A stretch of DNA of 64,000 nucleotides from Porphyridium purpureum. Taxonomy: Eukaryota. The stretch spans positions 310,001 to 374,000 of the forward strand of contig VRMN01000014.1 in the NCBI GenBank assembly GCA_008690995.1, read 5' to 3'. Shown one piece after another: positions 8,364 to 18,971 of this stretch. Each line of letters starts with the position of its first letter. The stretch's first letter is position 1. A program made the position numbers and the translations under genes. The notes below the pieces were generated by a model. The model ran no database searches, was not told the origin of the DNA, and was given only the letters and a program-made list of their open reading frames with translations.

Positions 8364-11300
8364 TCAGTTCGTGTCATTTGACGACCCTGACCGTGTGCTG
8401 TTCGGATTCAGCTCTAGATCTTCACCGGACAAACCCGTTGGTGCTTCGGGAACCCAAGCACGAAAGCTCCGGCCATCTGCCAATCGACTCGGGGCCCCTC
8501 CGTCTGCACTTCCCGAGTCTGGTTGTGACTCGTTCTGTGCTTCTGAAAAGCGTGCATCGAAAGCCAGGTGTCTGGCTTCGGCCTCCGCAGCCTCGGCGTC
8601 GTGGTCCCAATCGCCGCCTGGCTCACGTGGGCGTGCAGTGCTCCGTATAGAATCCTGTATGATACTTTGCATGGAGTTCTGTATGCTTCTTTGACGCTCC
8701 GGTGGACTTGATTGCATGGAAGCACGCGCTTGATCCGCAACACGTCGCACGCGTGCGGCGAATCCCGTAAGATGCAACGATTCGCTTTCGCCGTCTGACG
8801 CTTCTGACTCGTCGAGAGTGAGGCGCTCCGTGATGTGCGGCGATGACATGCTGCCGCCTCGCGCTGGAAGAGATGGCATGCTACGAAAACTGGACGACGG
8901 CCGGCCTAGTCGAAAATTGGACTCCAGCATCGGCTCAAATCGATTCCCCGCTACCGCAGCAGCCTCCGCGCGCCCGCGAACGGACACCGTGCGAGAAGCC
9001 AGGGGACCGGCCCCGCCCTCGGAGCGGAAGAGTCTTAGGGCAGAGACGGCGCGGTCCTTAACGTCGCGCACCTTATCTGCGACGAGCTCGCATAACCGCG
9101 CCTCAAAGCCCGCCATCCTCAGCTCGTGTATTCTATGCCTCCATAGCTGCTCTGCGCTCGCGCTTGTCGTCTCACTCTCCGGAATCACGTCTGCCGTTTC
9201 GCGCCGCGGCGTCTCGTCCGCCTCACCAGGTGACTCGATGGAACCCGCTTCTCTGATTGCTCCGGCAAACTCGACTTCGATGGCGTCAAACCCGATGCTC
9301 GCCTGCGCTGCTGATTCCAATACCGCGGTCTCATCTACGTCTGGCTGACCAAGGGTTTCACCCTCCCGCGCCATCGCACGATACGGGTCCGAACTTGTGC
9401 CGCTCTCGCGCCACGCCAAATTTATCACGCACCAGATGGCGGCGACTCGGACAGCGTCGCTGGCGTCGTGTGAACACCGCAGAATATGTTGGAGAAGCAT
9501 GCTGTGTCGGATGATGGCCTGCTTGTGCCGCTCGGCGCCAGACGCCACGTTCACAATGACGTACAGTGCCTCACGGAGCACAGGCGTGTGATATGTGCAC
9601 AGACAGTCCTGCACGAGGTCTAGCAACGGCCCGTGCCCACCCATGGCGGCAAACACAGCGTCGAGCTCGCGCGGCTGCGCTTCTCCTTCGCTCGCGTAAA
9701 CGAGGTTGCGCAGCAAAGTCACGGCTTGCTGGCGAACGCGCACGTTGGCGTCGCGGCAAAGTGCGACCAGTGTCGGATAGGTCAGGTACTGCATGGTAGA
9801 GTGCTTGATCTCTGACTCGGCCATGAACAAGAGGTTTTTGAGTGCCCACAGCGCGTGCTCGCGAAGCGTCTCGTTTGAGCTGTTCTTGAGCAGCAGCACC
9901 AGTTCGCAGTGGCCGCGCCGCTCAAACACGGTGCGCTTAACGTTGGCGAAATCAAGAACGATATTGGAGATGGATGCCGATGCCGCGATCCTGACATCGA
10001 GCGACTCATCCTGCAGCAATTGGAACAACGGCTCGGCGACTCCAGAGTCGACCAAGTTGGTGCGGAGGTACTTGACAGAGCGTGACAGCGAGCGTATGCA
10101 CTCGGCGGACGCTGCGCGCAGGCGCGGGTCGTCGTGGCGCAAAAGCCGCACAATGCGCGGCAGCACGGCCGGCTTGCTGTCCAGCAAGTTTTTGCGGCTC
10201 TCCTCACGCGTTGAGCACAGAGCCGCAAGCCCGAGCAATGCGTTTTCCGCAAGCGACGCGTATGCCACGCTGCTTTCTGGCCGGTTCAGGTACATGGCCA
10301 GCCACGGAATGGCATCCGCGTCGTTTGCAATCTTCTGCAGCCGCTCGGAGCATTGCACCATGTGCGCAAGAATCAGCGGCGCCTCGAGCTGGATTTCTGT
10401 CTGCTCGGTCTTTTCGGTCTCGCTTCCCGTTCGATGAGTTCCCGCTCGCGCTCTGTCCGTCCCGGCCTTTCCGTTCGTCACGCGGTCGGCGGCCTCGACG
10501 CGGCCCGCTGCATTCGCACCGGCACCGCTGCCGCCGCTGCTGCCCATGTCTTCTTGCATAGCGAACAGCTTGACGAGCGCGGGCACCGTAGAGGCGCTGA
10601 CCGTGTGCTCTGTGTATGGCGCGCACGCATAGCCGAGCGCGAGCGCCTCGATTTTGTACTTGTAGAGCGCAGAGCTGGGTGGCACATTGTGCGCCCACAG
10701 GCCGAGGTTCAGCAGGTTGGCGAGAACGCGGCACGCCTCCAGACGAAGCGGCGCCCGCGAGTCATGCAGAATGCGCATGGCGAGTGGCACGAGCTCGCCG
10801 CGCGAGGCGCGCAGTGCGCGCAGCGTGGCCTGCTCGTGGGCCCAGCACAGCTTACTCAGCGCGCGCAAGCTCGAGCGCTGCGCAGGGTGCCTCTGCTGCT
10901 GGCACTTTGCCTGTCCCTGCGAGAACCCGCCGTGGCTGTGCCTCACCAAATGCTGCGCGGCCTCCACGGCGCCGGCATCCACGAGCAGCTGCCGCTTTAA
11001 CCCTGCCACCGGGGCGACGTCTGTGCTGCTGGACAGTATGAATGCCACGATCCTAGCGGCCGTATCTGACACGGCGGGCGGCATGGCGCGGGCACCGTCG
11101 TTGTCGCCCTCGCGCATGAGGCGCACCAGCAGTTCGGGTCCCCACGAACCCGCGAATATAAAGTCGGTTGGGGTGGTGGTGGTAGTAGTCGTGGTGGTGG
11201 TGGTGGTGGTGGATGTCCTGGCTCTTCTCTGCGTGTGCGGCACTTCTGCGCATTGACCCGCATTCTGCTCGATGTGGCAGACGGGCGCATCGTGCTGCGC

Positions 11301-11822
11301 TGGCGACGCCGAGTCGTCGTTCGCGTCGTCGTCCTGTTCCTGCAGCTGCTCATGCTGGTCGCCGTGCGCCTGGCTGAAGAAGACATTGAGCGCTCTTGCG
11401 CACGCGACGACCAGCGGGATGTGGTTCTGCGCGCCGAGCGCATCAAACAGCGCCGGCAGGGTGTCGTGCTGCAGGGCTTGCCGGAAGCCGCGCGGGCACT
11501 TGCACGCCAAGCTGCCGAGCGCGGCGGCGCACTGCACCGCCAATTGGGCGTGACTCCGCTGCCTGACGCCACGCACCAGGAACGGAATGGCGCCCTTGTC
11601 CACATACATCTTCTTCCGCGTGCGGTTCCCAATGACTGCGTTCTTCAACTGTCGCGCGGCGGCCTCTGCGGCGTCGTACTGCGCGGCGTTGTTTTCGTCG
11701 TGGTCGTCCTCACCATCATCTGGGCGTCCAAACGCGTCCGCCAGCACGCGCACCACCCTATCTGCCTCGGCGCCTTCCGCGCCGCCGCCCGCCGCCCTGC
11801 TCATCCTCACCGCCGCCACCAC
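8364..11822 (-). CDS. ARMC8: Armadillo repeat protein ARMC8/Gid5-like (GID/CTLH E3 ligase subunit)
   Basis: LKNAVIGNRTRKK N-terminus, CIRSLSRSVKYLRTNL, ISNIVLDF, ALWALKNL, VNVASG, AAIWCVINL: motifs recalled from ARMC8 orthologues. Confidence 0.85.
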   Translation of the reverse strand: MVAAVRMSRAAGGGAEGAEADRVVRVLADAFGRPDDGEDDHDENNAAQYDAAEAAARQLKNAVIGNRTRKKMYVDKGAIPFLVRGVRQRSHAQLAVQCAAALGSLACKCPRGFRQALQHDTLPALFDALGAQNHIPLVVACARALNVFFSQAHGDQHEQLQEQDDDANDDSASPAQHDAPVCHIEQNAGQCAEVPHTQRRARTSTTTTTTTTTTTTTPTDFIFAGSWGPELLVRLMREGDNDGARAMPPAVSDTAARIVAFILSSSTDVAPVAGLKRQLLVDAGAVEAAQHLVRHSHGGFSQGQAKCQQQRHPAQRSSLRALSKLCWAHEQATLRALRASRGELVPLAMRILHDSRAPLRLEACRVLANLLNLGLWAHNVPPSSALYKYKIEALALGYACAPYTEHTVSASTVPALVKLFAMQEDMGSSGGSGAGANAAGRVEAADRVTNGKAGTDRARAGTHRTGSETEKTEQTEIQLEAPLILAHMVQCSERLQKIANDADAIPWLAMYLNRPESSVAYASLAENALLGLAALCSTREESRKNLLDSKPAVLPRIVRLLRHDDPRLRAASAECIRSLSRSVKYLRTNLVDSGVAEPLFQLLQDESLDVRIAASASISNIVLDFANVKRTVFERRGHCELVLLLKNSSNETLREHALWALKNLLFMAESEIKHSTMQYLTYPTLVALCRDANVRVRQQAVTLLRNLVYASEGEAQPRELDAVFAAMGGHGPLLDLVQDCLCTYHTPVLREALYVIVNVASGAERHKQAIIRHSMLLQHILRCSHDASDAVRVAAIWCVINLAWRESGTSSDPYRAMAREGETLGQPDVDETAVLESAAQASIGFDAIEVEFAGAIREAGSIESPGEADETPRRETADVIPESETTSASAEQLWRHRIHELRMAGFEARLCELVADKVRDVKDRAVSALRLFRSEGGAGPLASRTVSVRGRAEAAAVAGNRFEPMLESNFRLGRPSSSFRSMPSLPARGGSMSSPHITERLTLDESEASDGESESLHLTGFAARVRRVADQARASMQSSPPERQRSIQNSMQSIIQDSIRSTARPREPGGDWDHDAEAAEAEARHLAFDARFSEAQNESQPDSGSADGGAPSRLADGRSFRAWVPEAPTGLSGEDLELNPNSTRSGSSNDTN

Positions 11823-12016
11823 TGCCGCAGCTCCCTATCGCGCCGCCTCGTGCCCGCAGCGTCTTCTCCCCATTCCCGCCGCAAACCGGAACGCCAACCC
11901 GCCGCCTCTGCGCCACACGGTTTATCGGCTCCTCTGTTCGGTTTAAACCGTTCACCCCAAGAGTACACCCCGCACTGTACCACCAACATCCCTCCTCCAC
12001 TTTCCCTATGTGTAGC

Positions 12017-12099
12017 GGGTGTTCCGTGGGTGTTCCGTGGGTGTTCCGTGGGTGTCCAGTGAAAGTACAGCGAAAGTACAGCGAAAGTACAGCGAAAGT
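12017..12099. repeat. Two abutting 11-bp tandem repeats
   Basis: (GGGTGTTCCGT)x3.5 at 12017-12055, then (GAAAGTACAGC)x3.5 at 12061-12099. Confidence 0.9.
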
Positions 12100-12671
12100 C
12101 CCGTGTAAGTCCCGTCTAAGGACAGTGCGAGAGTTGCAGGGCGTATTGCAATTTTTTGCATTCAATTTCGGCGTGTGTGCGCGCGAGTAATTTTTTTGGC
12201 GGGGTGGGCAGGCGGCGAGATCGCGAGTGGTAATGGCGGACCTGCTGCGCGCGCGGCGCGCGGCATCACCTTTCTGCACAAACGCGGCGTTGTACACGAC
12301 ACGCTCCAGCGGCATTGCAAAGCAATGCGTCATGTGTCGCACGCCGGAGGTTCGTCCCCGCAGGAGCTGCTGCTGATTGGCGTGCCCCCCCCTTTGTTGT
12401 CCTTTGGCGTCAGCGTCGGTGCGTCGTTGTCTGTCTATGCGCCTGCGTACCTTGTACCAACACACATCCACATCCACGTCCATGTCCACGCCACCACCAC
12501 GCCATGGCGGGATGCGCCACACCCCCGTGTGATTGTTTGCGCGCAGCTGCCTAGCAAACCCCCCGCCTTGCCCCCTCCCTGTCCCTCTAACTGCACGCGC
12601 ACGCCCACTCGAGCAGCAGCACCTAGCACCCAGCACCCAGCAGCAGCCGCGGGGCGAGAGGATGGGGCGTC

Positions 12672-12845
12672 GCACCACCACTACTACTACCACGACTACT
12701 GCTATGTCTACTACTAGTGGTAGTACAAGGAGGACTAATAGTCCTAGTCGCAGTCGTCGCAAGGAATCGTCCAAGTGGTTAGTAGTACCGAGTCATAATA
12801 ACAGTAGTAGTAGTAGCAGGAGTAGTAGTAAGGGAGTAGTAGTAA
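12672..12845. repeat. Mirror trinucleotide field (CTA/CCA runs, then TAG runs)
   Basis: CCACCACTACTACTAC on the left and GTAGTAGTAGTAG runs on the right are reverse complements. Confidence 0.65.
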
Positions 12846-13065
12846 AAGTGGGGGGCGGGAGCTGGGTTGTAGTGGTGCAGGAGATTTAGTAGCGAGATGG
12901 AGGAGAGGAAGGAGGGGACAGAGAGGAGAGGGGGGGAGGGGGAAGAGAAGGGAGAAGGGGAGGGATATAGGGAGAGAGAGAGAGAGAGAGGGAGAGAGAA
13001 GGGGAGAGAGGGAGAGGGGGAAAAGGGGGGGAGTTGGAGATCGGAGGAGGGGGGAAAGAGGCAGG

Positions 13066-13659
13066 ATGGCGTTTGTGAGTGCGGGGGGAGTGGGCGCGTC
13101 CAGGCAGAACCGGGCGGCGGGGTCATGGAGTGGCGTGCAGGGCGCGTGGGCGGCGGCCGCGCCGGCGGCGCCGGTGCGCGCGAGGCAGAACAGACGGGCC
13201 GCGCAGATTCAGATGGCGAAGGAGGCGTGGGTGCAGCTGCTCCCGACCTCGGATATCTCCCCCGGGGAGCTCAAGCCGGTGTTTGCCGCGGGGCAGTCGG
13301 TCGTCGTCGCGTGCGACTATGACGGACAGGTGTACGCCTCGGCTAACATCTGCCCGCATCTCGGCACCCCGCTGGATAACGGATCCGTCGGCGACGGAAA
13401 CATCGTCTGCGCGCAGCACAAGTCCTCGTGGAACCTCTCCACGGGCGAGCTCGCGGGCGACTGGTGCCCGTTCCCGCCGCTGATTGGCCCGCTGCTCGGC
13501 AAGCTCGTCACCCCGTCGCCGCTCAACGTCTTCTCGGTGCGCGAAAACGACGGATTCATCGAGGCGCTCCTCGATATCGACCTCAAGAGCGACTACGAGA
13601 GCAACTACTGGGTCGGCCTCCTGGACGCGCGAGGCAAGGCGTCCGGCGAATACTTTTAA
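13066..13659 (+). CDS. Plastid-targeted Rieske [2Fe-2S] ferredoxin
   Basis: CPHLG and CAQH Rieske ligand motifs. N-terminal MAFV..., Ala/Arg/Ser-rich presequence typical of red-algal plastid transit peptides. Confidence 0.9.
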   Translation: MAFVSAGGVGASRQNRAAGSWSGVQGAWAAAAPAAPVRARQNRRAAQIQMAKEAWVQLLPTSDISPGELKPVFAAGQSVVVACDYDGQVYASANICPHLGTPLDNGSVGDGNIVCAQHKSSWNLSTGELAGDWCPFPPLIGPLLGKLVTPSPLNVFSVRENDGFIEALLDIDLKSDYESNYWVGLLDARGKASGEYF

Positions 13660-14177
13660 CGTGCAACCGAGCGCTCTCTCTGCTTCCGGCCGCCCGGAGC
13701 GTGAGCCCAGCCGGCGCGCACGCGACTTCTCATGCATCGATGCCCTCTGCGTGCGCAGGCTGCGCTCCGCTCAGACTTGGCCGGGAAGGGGGAAACCTGT
13801 TGAGCCGAGTGCGCGCACTCTTGCCACTCGTCTCGCTGTGATAAAGACATTTTTTTCTTCCTGTTGTTATAGGTGGTTCTGTTGTTGCCTCTTGTCTTTG
13901 TGAATTGCCCGAAAAGCTACGCAGTACAGGGTACAAGAATGAACGCCGGCGCCCACGGGCGAGGTTCATTCCAGCTCGCGTGGATTGGCAACTCGCATGC
14001 ACGTGAGTGAGATCTGGCATCTGGGCCTTTACTATACAGCACAGCGGCGGTAAGTGCGTCAGAGCACCTTGAATCTTCTTCTGATCTTTTCCAGTCCTTT
14101 CGGTCTCCAACCAACGCATGATCTGCTGCACGCACCATACCTACTGGAAGACATCGTCCACGTAGATTGGGAAGTAC

Positions 14178-15326
14178 TCACAAGCCCTGCACCGGATCGC
14201 GCCGCCACAAGTGGACACGGTCAATGGCGTCCAGCGTCGCGGCATCGAGCTCGACGGCATATGCATCGATGCACTCTTTGAGCTGCTCCATTGTCGTTGC
14301 GCCAATGATGCAGCTACCCTGGTTGTGGATGTACCACCGGCTGCGGCAGAACGCGATGGCGAGCGCGGCCGGCGTCAGCGACACGCTGCGCGCGATCTCG
14401 GCGTATTGCGGAACCACCTCGTTCAGTACGGACTCTCCAAAAAAGCGCGGCTGGAACGCCTTGTACTCGGTATGCCGCGCGCCGGCTGGTCGTGCGCCCT
14501 TTTCGTACTTGCCAGACAGCGCACCGCCCGCCAGCACGCTCCAAGGAAGCAACCCGATGTTGTAGTTGCTTGGCGCGCATGCCTCTGCGAGCTCGGTCTC
14601 GAACGAGCGGTGCAACAGGCTGAACGAGTTTTGAATGCTCACTGGACGCGGCATGCCCATCTCGTCTGCCGCGCGAACCACCTCGCACACGCCAAACGTC
14701 GTCTCGTTCGACAGCCCATAGTGCTTGATCTTGCCTTGCTCCAGCAAAGTCCTGAGAGCATCGAGCGTCTCGCGCAGCGGCACACTATCCTTGCGCTCTT
14801 TGCTGGGGTCGTACGCCGTCGAGCCAAACGCAGCCACGTACCTGTCTGGCCAGTGCAACTGATACAGGTCGATGTAGGACGTCTGGAGCCTGCGCAGCGA
14901 CGCGTCGCACGCTTCCAGCACCGACTCGCGGTCCAGACGACACGGCAGCTTTGCGTCGTCGAGTGGGGGCACTTTCCTCTGCCCGGGCACGCCCGAGCTG
15001 GGCATATACCCAGCCACCTTGGTCGCAACGTAAATCTCGCCGCGCAGCGCCGCGTTCTTCGCCAACCACGTGCCGATAAACTCCTCTGTGCGCCCTGCCT
15101 TCCACCCGGGCGCCGATCCAGGCACCGGGTACATTTCTGCGGTATCAATAAAGTTAATGCCGCGCTGCTTGATCGCGTAATCCAGCTGCTGGTGCGCTTC
15201 TGCCTCGCTGTTCTGAATCCCCCACGTCATCTTGCCCAAACACAAGCGCGTCACACTCATATCACTGCTGCCCAGCATTCCGCGCGCGATCGGCGCGACG
15301 CCGCCTGCGTTCATTCCGGCATTCAT
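14178..15326 (-). CDS. NADP(H)-dependent aldo-keto reductase (Tas-like)
   Basis: LCLGKMTWG, GINFIDTAEMY, ATKV, SLRRLQTSYIDLYQLHWPDR, GLSNET, IQNSFSLL, IIGATTMEQLKE. Start set at ATG 15326; the upstream ORF extension is GA-rich leader. Confidence 0.92.
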   Translation of the reverse strand: MNAGMNAGGVAPIARGMLGSSDMSVTRLCLGKMTWGIQNSEAEAHQQLDYAIKQRGINFIDTAEMYPVPGSAPGWKAGRTEEFIGTWLAKNAALRGEIYVATKVAGYMPSSGVPGQRKVPPLDDAKLPCRLDRESVLEACDASLRRLQTSYIDLYQLHWPDRYVAAFGSTAYDPSKERKDSVPLRETLDALRTLLEQGKIKHYGLSNETTFGVCEVVRAADEMGMPRPVSIQNSFSLLHRSFETELAEACAPSNYNIGLLPWSVLAGGALSGKYEKGARPAGARHTEYKAFQPRFFGESVLNEVVPQYAEIARSVSLTPAALAIAFCRSRWYIHNQGSCIIGATTMEQLKECIDAYAVELDAATLDAIDRVHLWRRDPVQGL

Positions 15327-15450
15327 CTCGTCACTCGCCGTTCTTCCCGCTTGTTCGCTCCACGTTCTCTCCTCTCTCTCTCTCTCTCCCTCCCTCCCTG
15401 ACCAGCACTCGCCACAGCCACAAAACCTGAATTTCACTCGCCGCATCACA

Positions 15451-15780
15451 TTGTCATCAAATAACATGAAAAGATGAACATTTGTCATCTTGTACCATCT
15501 TTGTCATTAACAAACAATCAATAGTCATCTTTACATACAACCTCTCATCTTTATGTTGCTTGTCATCATATATCTCCAGATGTAACATCTTTAAATATCA
15601 CAAGGCATCATCAAAATAATATGTCATTATTAAACAGAATCTTGCGTTCAAAGATGCAATAATTTCAAAATATGACATCTAAGATGAAATCTTGTCTTGA
15701 TTAAAGTTAGATGATGATTATGTGTCATGTTTGAATGTCAAAGATGTTTATATGTCATGATGGAAGTTTAAAGATGACAT
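15451..15780. repeat. Degenerate 10-bp-period AT-rich repeat in divergent intergenic region
   Basis: CATCT at 15486, 15496, 15526, 15546, 15586, 15676. AAGATG at 15471, 15651, 15681, 15741, 15771. Each set is in exact 10-bp register. Confidence 0.85.
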
Positions 15781-16022
15781 GGCGTTGAGCCGGCAGCGCG
15801 AGCTGGCGCGCAGGAAGAGCGACAAGGCGCGAAGAGAGAGAGAGAGAGAGAGAGAGCGTTTGTGTTTGTCTTTGTGTGTGAGAGAGGCGCGTTGGAAAGG
15901 GTCTGGAGCGCGGCGCTAGATGCTCACGACGTGCGTCAAGGTGTGTGTGTTGGTGTCGGCGTCTGAATGTGTGGTGCCTGAGCGTGGTTGTGCAGTGAAG
16001 CGTTGCCGGAAGACGGGCTGCA

Positions 16023-18971
16023 ATGAAGAAGCTGCAGCAAAAGCTGGCCACCGGCAAGCACCGCCGCTCCGCGTCCATGTCGCGTGAGAGCGTGGGCGTG
16101 GCGGCAGAGGGCTCGGGAATAAATAAGGATGCGCGGTATGGGCATGGAAGTGCGCAGAATTCGTCCGCGGCGTCGTTTCTGTCGCGCATCAAGTTTACGA
16201 AGCGCTCGTTGCGCTCCGTAATTAAGCGCTCGGGGATCTTATCCGCGGTGCGAATGAACCAGGGCGCGGGCGCAGACAAGGGCTCCGACGCAGACGACTC
16301 GCAGATGAATGCGGCGCCGGGGAAGGGCGACCGCAAGTACAATGGCGGGAAGTACACGGGCAATGGGCACGGCGCGGACGGAAACCATCACCTCGGCATG
16401 TCGTGGAACACAGACAACTTTCGCGAGTCGCAGAACATTTTCTACAATGATGATCTAGATATTGCCAAGCTGCAGGTGCCCAAGAATCAGTTTATGCAGT
16501 ACGACAGCTTGGTGCGCGGCACGCAGCGCATGCGCAGCTCGACCGACTCGAACGGCACCGAACAGCAGCACTTGATGCGCTCCGTAAGATTTGACCGTGA
16601 GGAGAACTATGCACAAGAAGACGAGAAGCGGCTGGTGCGCGTGGCCCGCCTGGCAAACCGAGCGTCGCGCGGCTCGGCCGAGGCCGGCACGGCCATGTGC
16701 GCGCTGCTCGTCGAGCAAATTTCGTCCGTGGAGCGCTACATTGCGCACGTGCGTACACTGATGTACGAATCAAGCCAGGTGGTCAATGAACTCCCGGAGA
16801 AACCGCCGCTCATGATGAGCTCCCACGCGGCGCCGGGTCAGCCGAGCGCGGGCAAGCAGGCATCCACAGCGCTCCCGGCCGCGAAAAGCATTTCGCCGCT
16901 TTTGCTAGAGGAGGAAAACACGGCGTTTCAGCGCACCATGGCGATGCAGCGCAAGCTGTGGGAAGTCGAGGCCGCCATGAAGCAGGGCAAGTTTCGTACG
17001 GCGATTGGCATTGTGGAGGAGCTGAAAAAGTCCAAGTCGTTCGTTGATGATCCCGGGCGTGTCGACAAGCTGGACGAGCTCACTGGCGAGATGGTGGAGC
17101 TGCTCAAACAGCGTTCTCGCAGACGATTGCGGCACATGCAGAACTGCCAGCAGTTTGTGAGTGGTGTCGGCAGCGGTGGGCGCGCTTCGACACACCCGAA
17201 CGCGCTGCACGTGCAGGACGCAAAGTACTTGCTGCGCCTCGCACGGGTGGAGGACGCGCGGGATGAGATCTTTGCGTTTGCGAGTGCGCGGCTCTCGGCA
17301 AGCTTGCAGAAGTATGGCGGCGGCGGAGACAGCGCGAGTTTAGAGAATCAGAATCAAAGCAGCGCCCATCAGCACGGCGTTGAGGGCGTGATGCGGGAGC
17401 TGTTTGTGCAGATCACCGCGACATACATAGAGGTGGAGTCAGTGCTCGACCCGCAGATCGCGCGGGAGGCCGCCGTGCTGATGATGAATCCCTGGACGAG
17501 CGGCGCGATGTCGTCTGCTTTTGGGGTACAGCAGTCACAGCATGACGGTGCGAACGCCATGGCACGCCGCTTGTCGTCCGCGGCAACGGGTATCAACATG
17601 TCTGGTGCGGGTGCGGGAGGCAGCGCGGTGGACGCGCTGGCCTTGAATGTGGCAGGCAACTGTCGCATTGGGGCGGCTGCCAGTGTCGCACCGGCCGTGC
17701 TCACACCCGACGAAGCAGAGCAGCAGGCGCACGCCACGTGGCAGCTGTTTCTGTGGATGATGGTGGAATTGCAGAATGCATTCGAAAGATACCTAGTGCC
17801 CAAGCTTGGCGGGCGGAACAACAACGCTCCCAAGCCATCGCTCGCCATTCTCGCGCGGCTGCAGGCGCAGCTGAAGAATGCCTTCTTAGATACGGAGCAC
17901 GCACGCGTGACGGAGTTTCTGGAACCGTGGGCAAGCGCGGGAATCGCGCCCGGTGTGGCTGCGTACTTGAGCGCGGCCACACGTCGCACTAATGAAAAGC
18001 GCATTCAAGAAAAGCTTGCGCAGGTCAGCGCGCTGTGCTTTGCGCGCATCAGCCTGTACCTCGAGCCCAGCATTATCGACGCTTTTGAGGCCGAGTGCGC
18101 CGGCCTCGTTGCCAAGAGCACGCGCCTCATCAAGGAGGACTCGGGTGAGCTGCGGCTGACGCCTGTGCACGAGCTGTACCAGGGCACGTTTTTGAGCAGC
18201 GAACGGTCGCAGCTGTCGTCGAGCGCCAGCAGTGCTGTCGCGAGTTGCGAGTTGAGCGCCAGCTGCGCGAGTCTCGTCAAGGCGGTGCTTAAAATTGCCC
18301 AGTGCTCGGTGGAGTTTGTGCAAACTAACGCAGTGTACTACCCGTACTTTATCAGCTGCATTGCCAAGCCGCTCGAGACGTATGTCTCGTACATCGGCCA
18401 GTCGCAACTGAAGGACTCGGTCGTGCGGCTCAACTTGCTCGCGCTTGGGCGCACTTTTGTGCCTACGCTAATTCACTGGCTCACTGAAACGCTCGATTAC
18501 GCGGTGCCCGAGGTCGACATGGTTCTGCAAGGCATCGGTGACCAGACGGGTCTGGACGTGGCGAAGCGATCCACCGGTGCCGGATTGACAGCGGCATCGT
18601 CGGCATCGACGATATCGGCATCCTCGTCTTCGTCGCTGCTCGTGAGAAAAAGTACGTCCGCGGTGGTGCGGCGAAAGATGGGCGCGGCAGCCGCAGGCTT
18701 GATTTCGCCGGCGCGCACGCGCCCGCCGGCACCTGCGTCCAGTGCCGCGCAACTACCTTTGGGGAAAGCCAGCGAGGTGAACGCGGCCACGACGCAACCG
18801 CGAATACGGCATGTAAGGAGGGGCTCGATTGACGACGACTTCACGCTCGCGATGCAGCAGCCGCGTGACGCGGCCCTAGCGTCGCACGACAAGTCGGCCA
18901 AGGCCAAGCAGCAAGTCGATATCGACATGATCCGTCGCAAGCTCCAGCATTTCCGCTCTTCGGGTGACTAG
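16023..18971 (+). CDS. Helical protein, probable exocyst subunit Exo84-like
   Basis: 982-aa ORF. Segments VEAAMKQGKFRTAIGIVEE, YLLRLARVEDARDEIFAFASARL, ELFVQI and LFLWMMVELQ resemble the Exo84 C-terminal helical domain (recalled, not searched). Confidence 0.5.
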   Translation: MKKLQQKLATGKHRRSASMSRESVGVAAEGSGINKDARYGHGSAQNSSAASFLSRIKFTKRSLRSVIKRSGILSAVRMNQGAGADKGSDADDSQMNAAPGKGDRKYNGGKYTGNGHGADGNHHLGMSWNTDNFRESQNIFYNDDLDIAKLQVPKNQFMQYDSLVRGTQRMRSSTDSNGTEQQHLMRSVRFDREENYAQEDEKRLVRVARLANRASRGSAEAGTAMCALLVEQISSVERYIAHVRTLMYESSQVVNELPEKPPLMMSSHAAPGQPSAGKQASTALPAAKSISPLLLEEENTAFQRTMAMQRKLWEVEAAMKQGKFRTAIGIVEELKKSKSFVDDPGRVDKLDELTGEMVELLKQRSRRRLRHMQNCQQFVSGVGSGGRASTHPNALHVQDAKYLLRLARVEDARDEIFAFASARLSASLQKYGGGGDSASLENQNQSSAHQHGVEGVMRELFVQITATYIEVESVLDPQIAREAAVLMMNPWTSGAMSSAFGVQQSQHDGANAMARRLSSAATGINMSGAGAGGSAVDALALNVAGNCRIGAAASVAPAVLTPDEAEQQAHATWQLFLWMMVELQNAFERYLVPKLGGRNNNAPKPSLAILARLQAQLKNAFLDTEHARVTEFLEPWASAGIAPGVAAYLSAATRRTNEKRIQEKLAQVSALCFARISLYLEPSIIDAFEAECAGLVAKSTRLIKEDSGELRLTPVHELYQGTFLSSERSQLSSSASSAVASCELSASCASLVKAVLKIAQCSVEFVQTNAVYYPYFISCIAKPLETYVSYIGQSQLKDSVVRLNLLALGRTFVPTLIHWLTETLDYAVPEVDMVLQGIGDQTGLDVAKRSTGAGLTAASSASTISASSSSSLLVRKSTSAVVRRKMGAAAAGLISPARTRPPAPASSAAQLPLGKASEVNAATTQPRIRHVRRGSIDDDFTLAMQQPRDAALASHDKSAKAKQQVDIDMIRRKLQHFRSSGD

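Noticed and set aside
11758..12774. 338-aa minus-strand ORF upstream of ARMC8
   Set aside because: Low-complexity translation of promoter repeats, no domain, non-ATG start.
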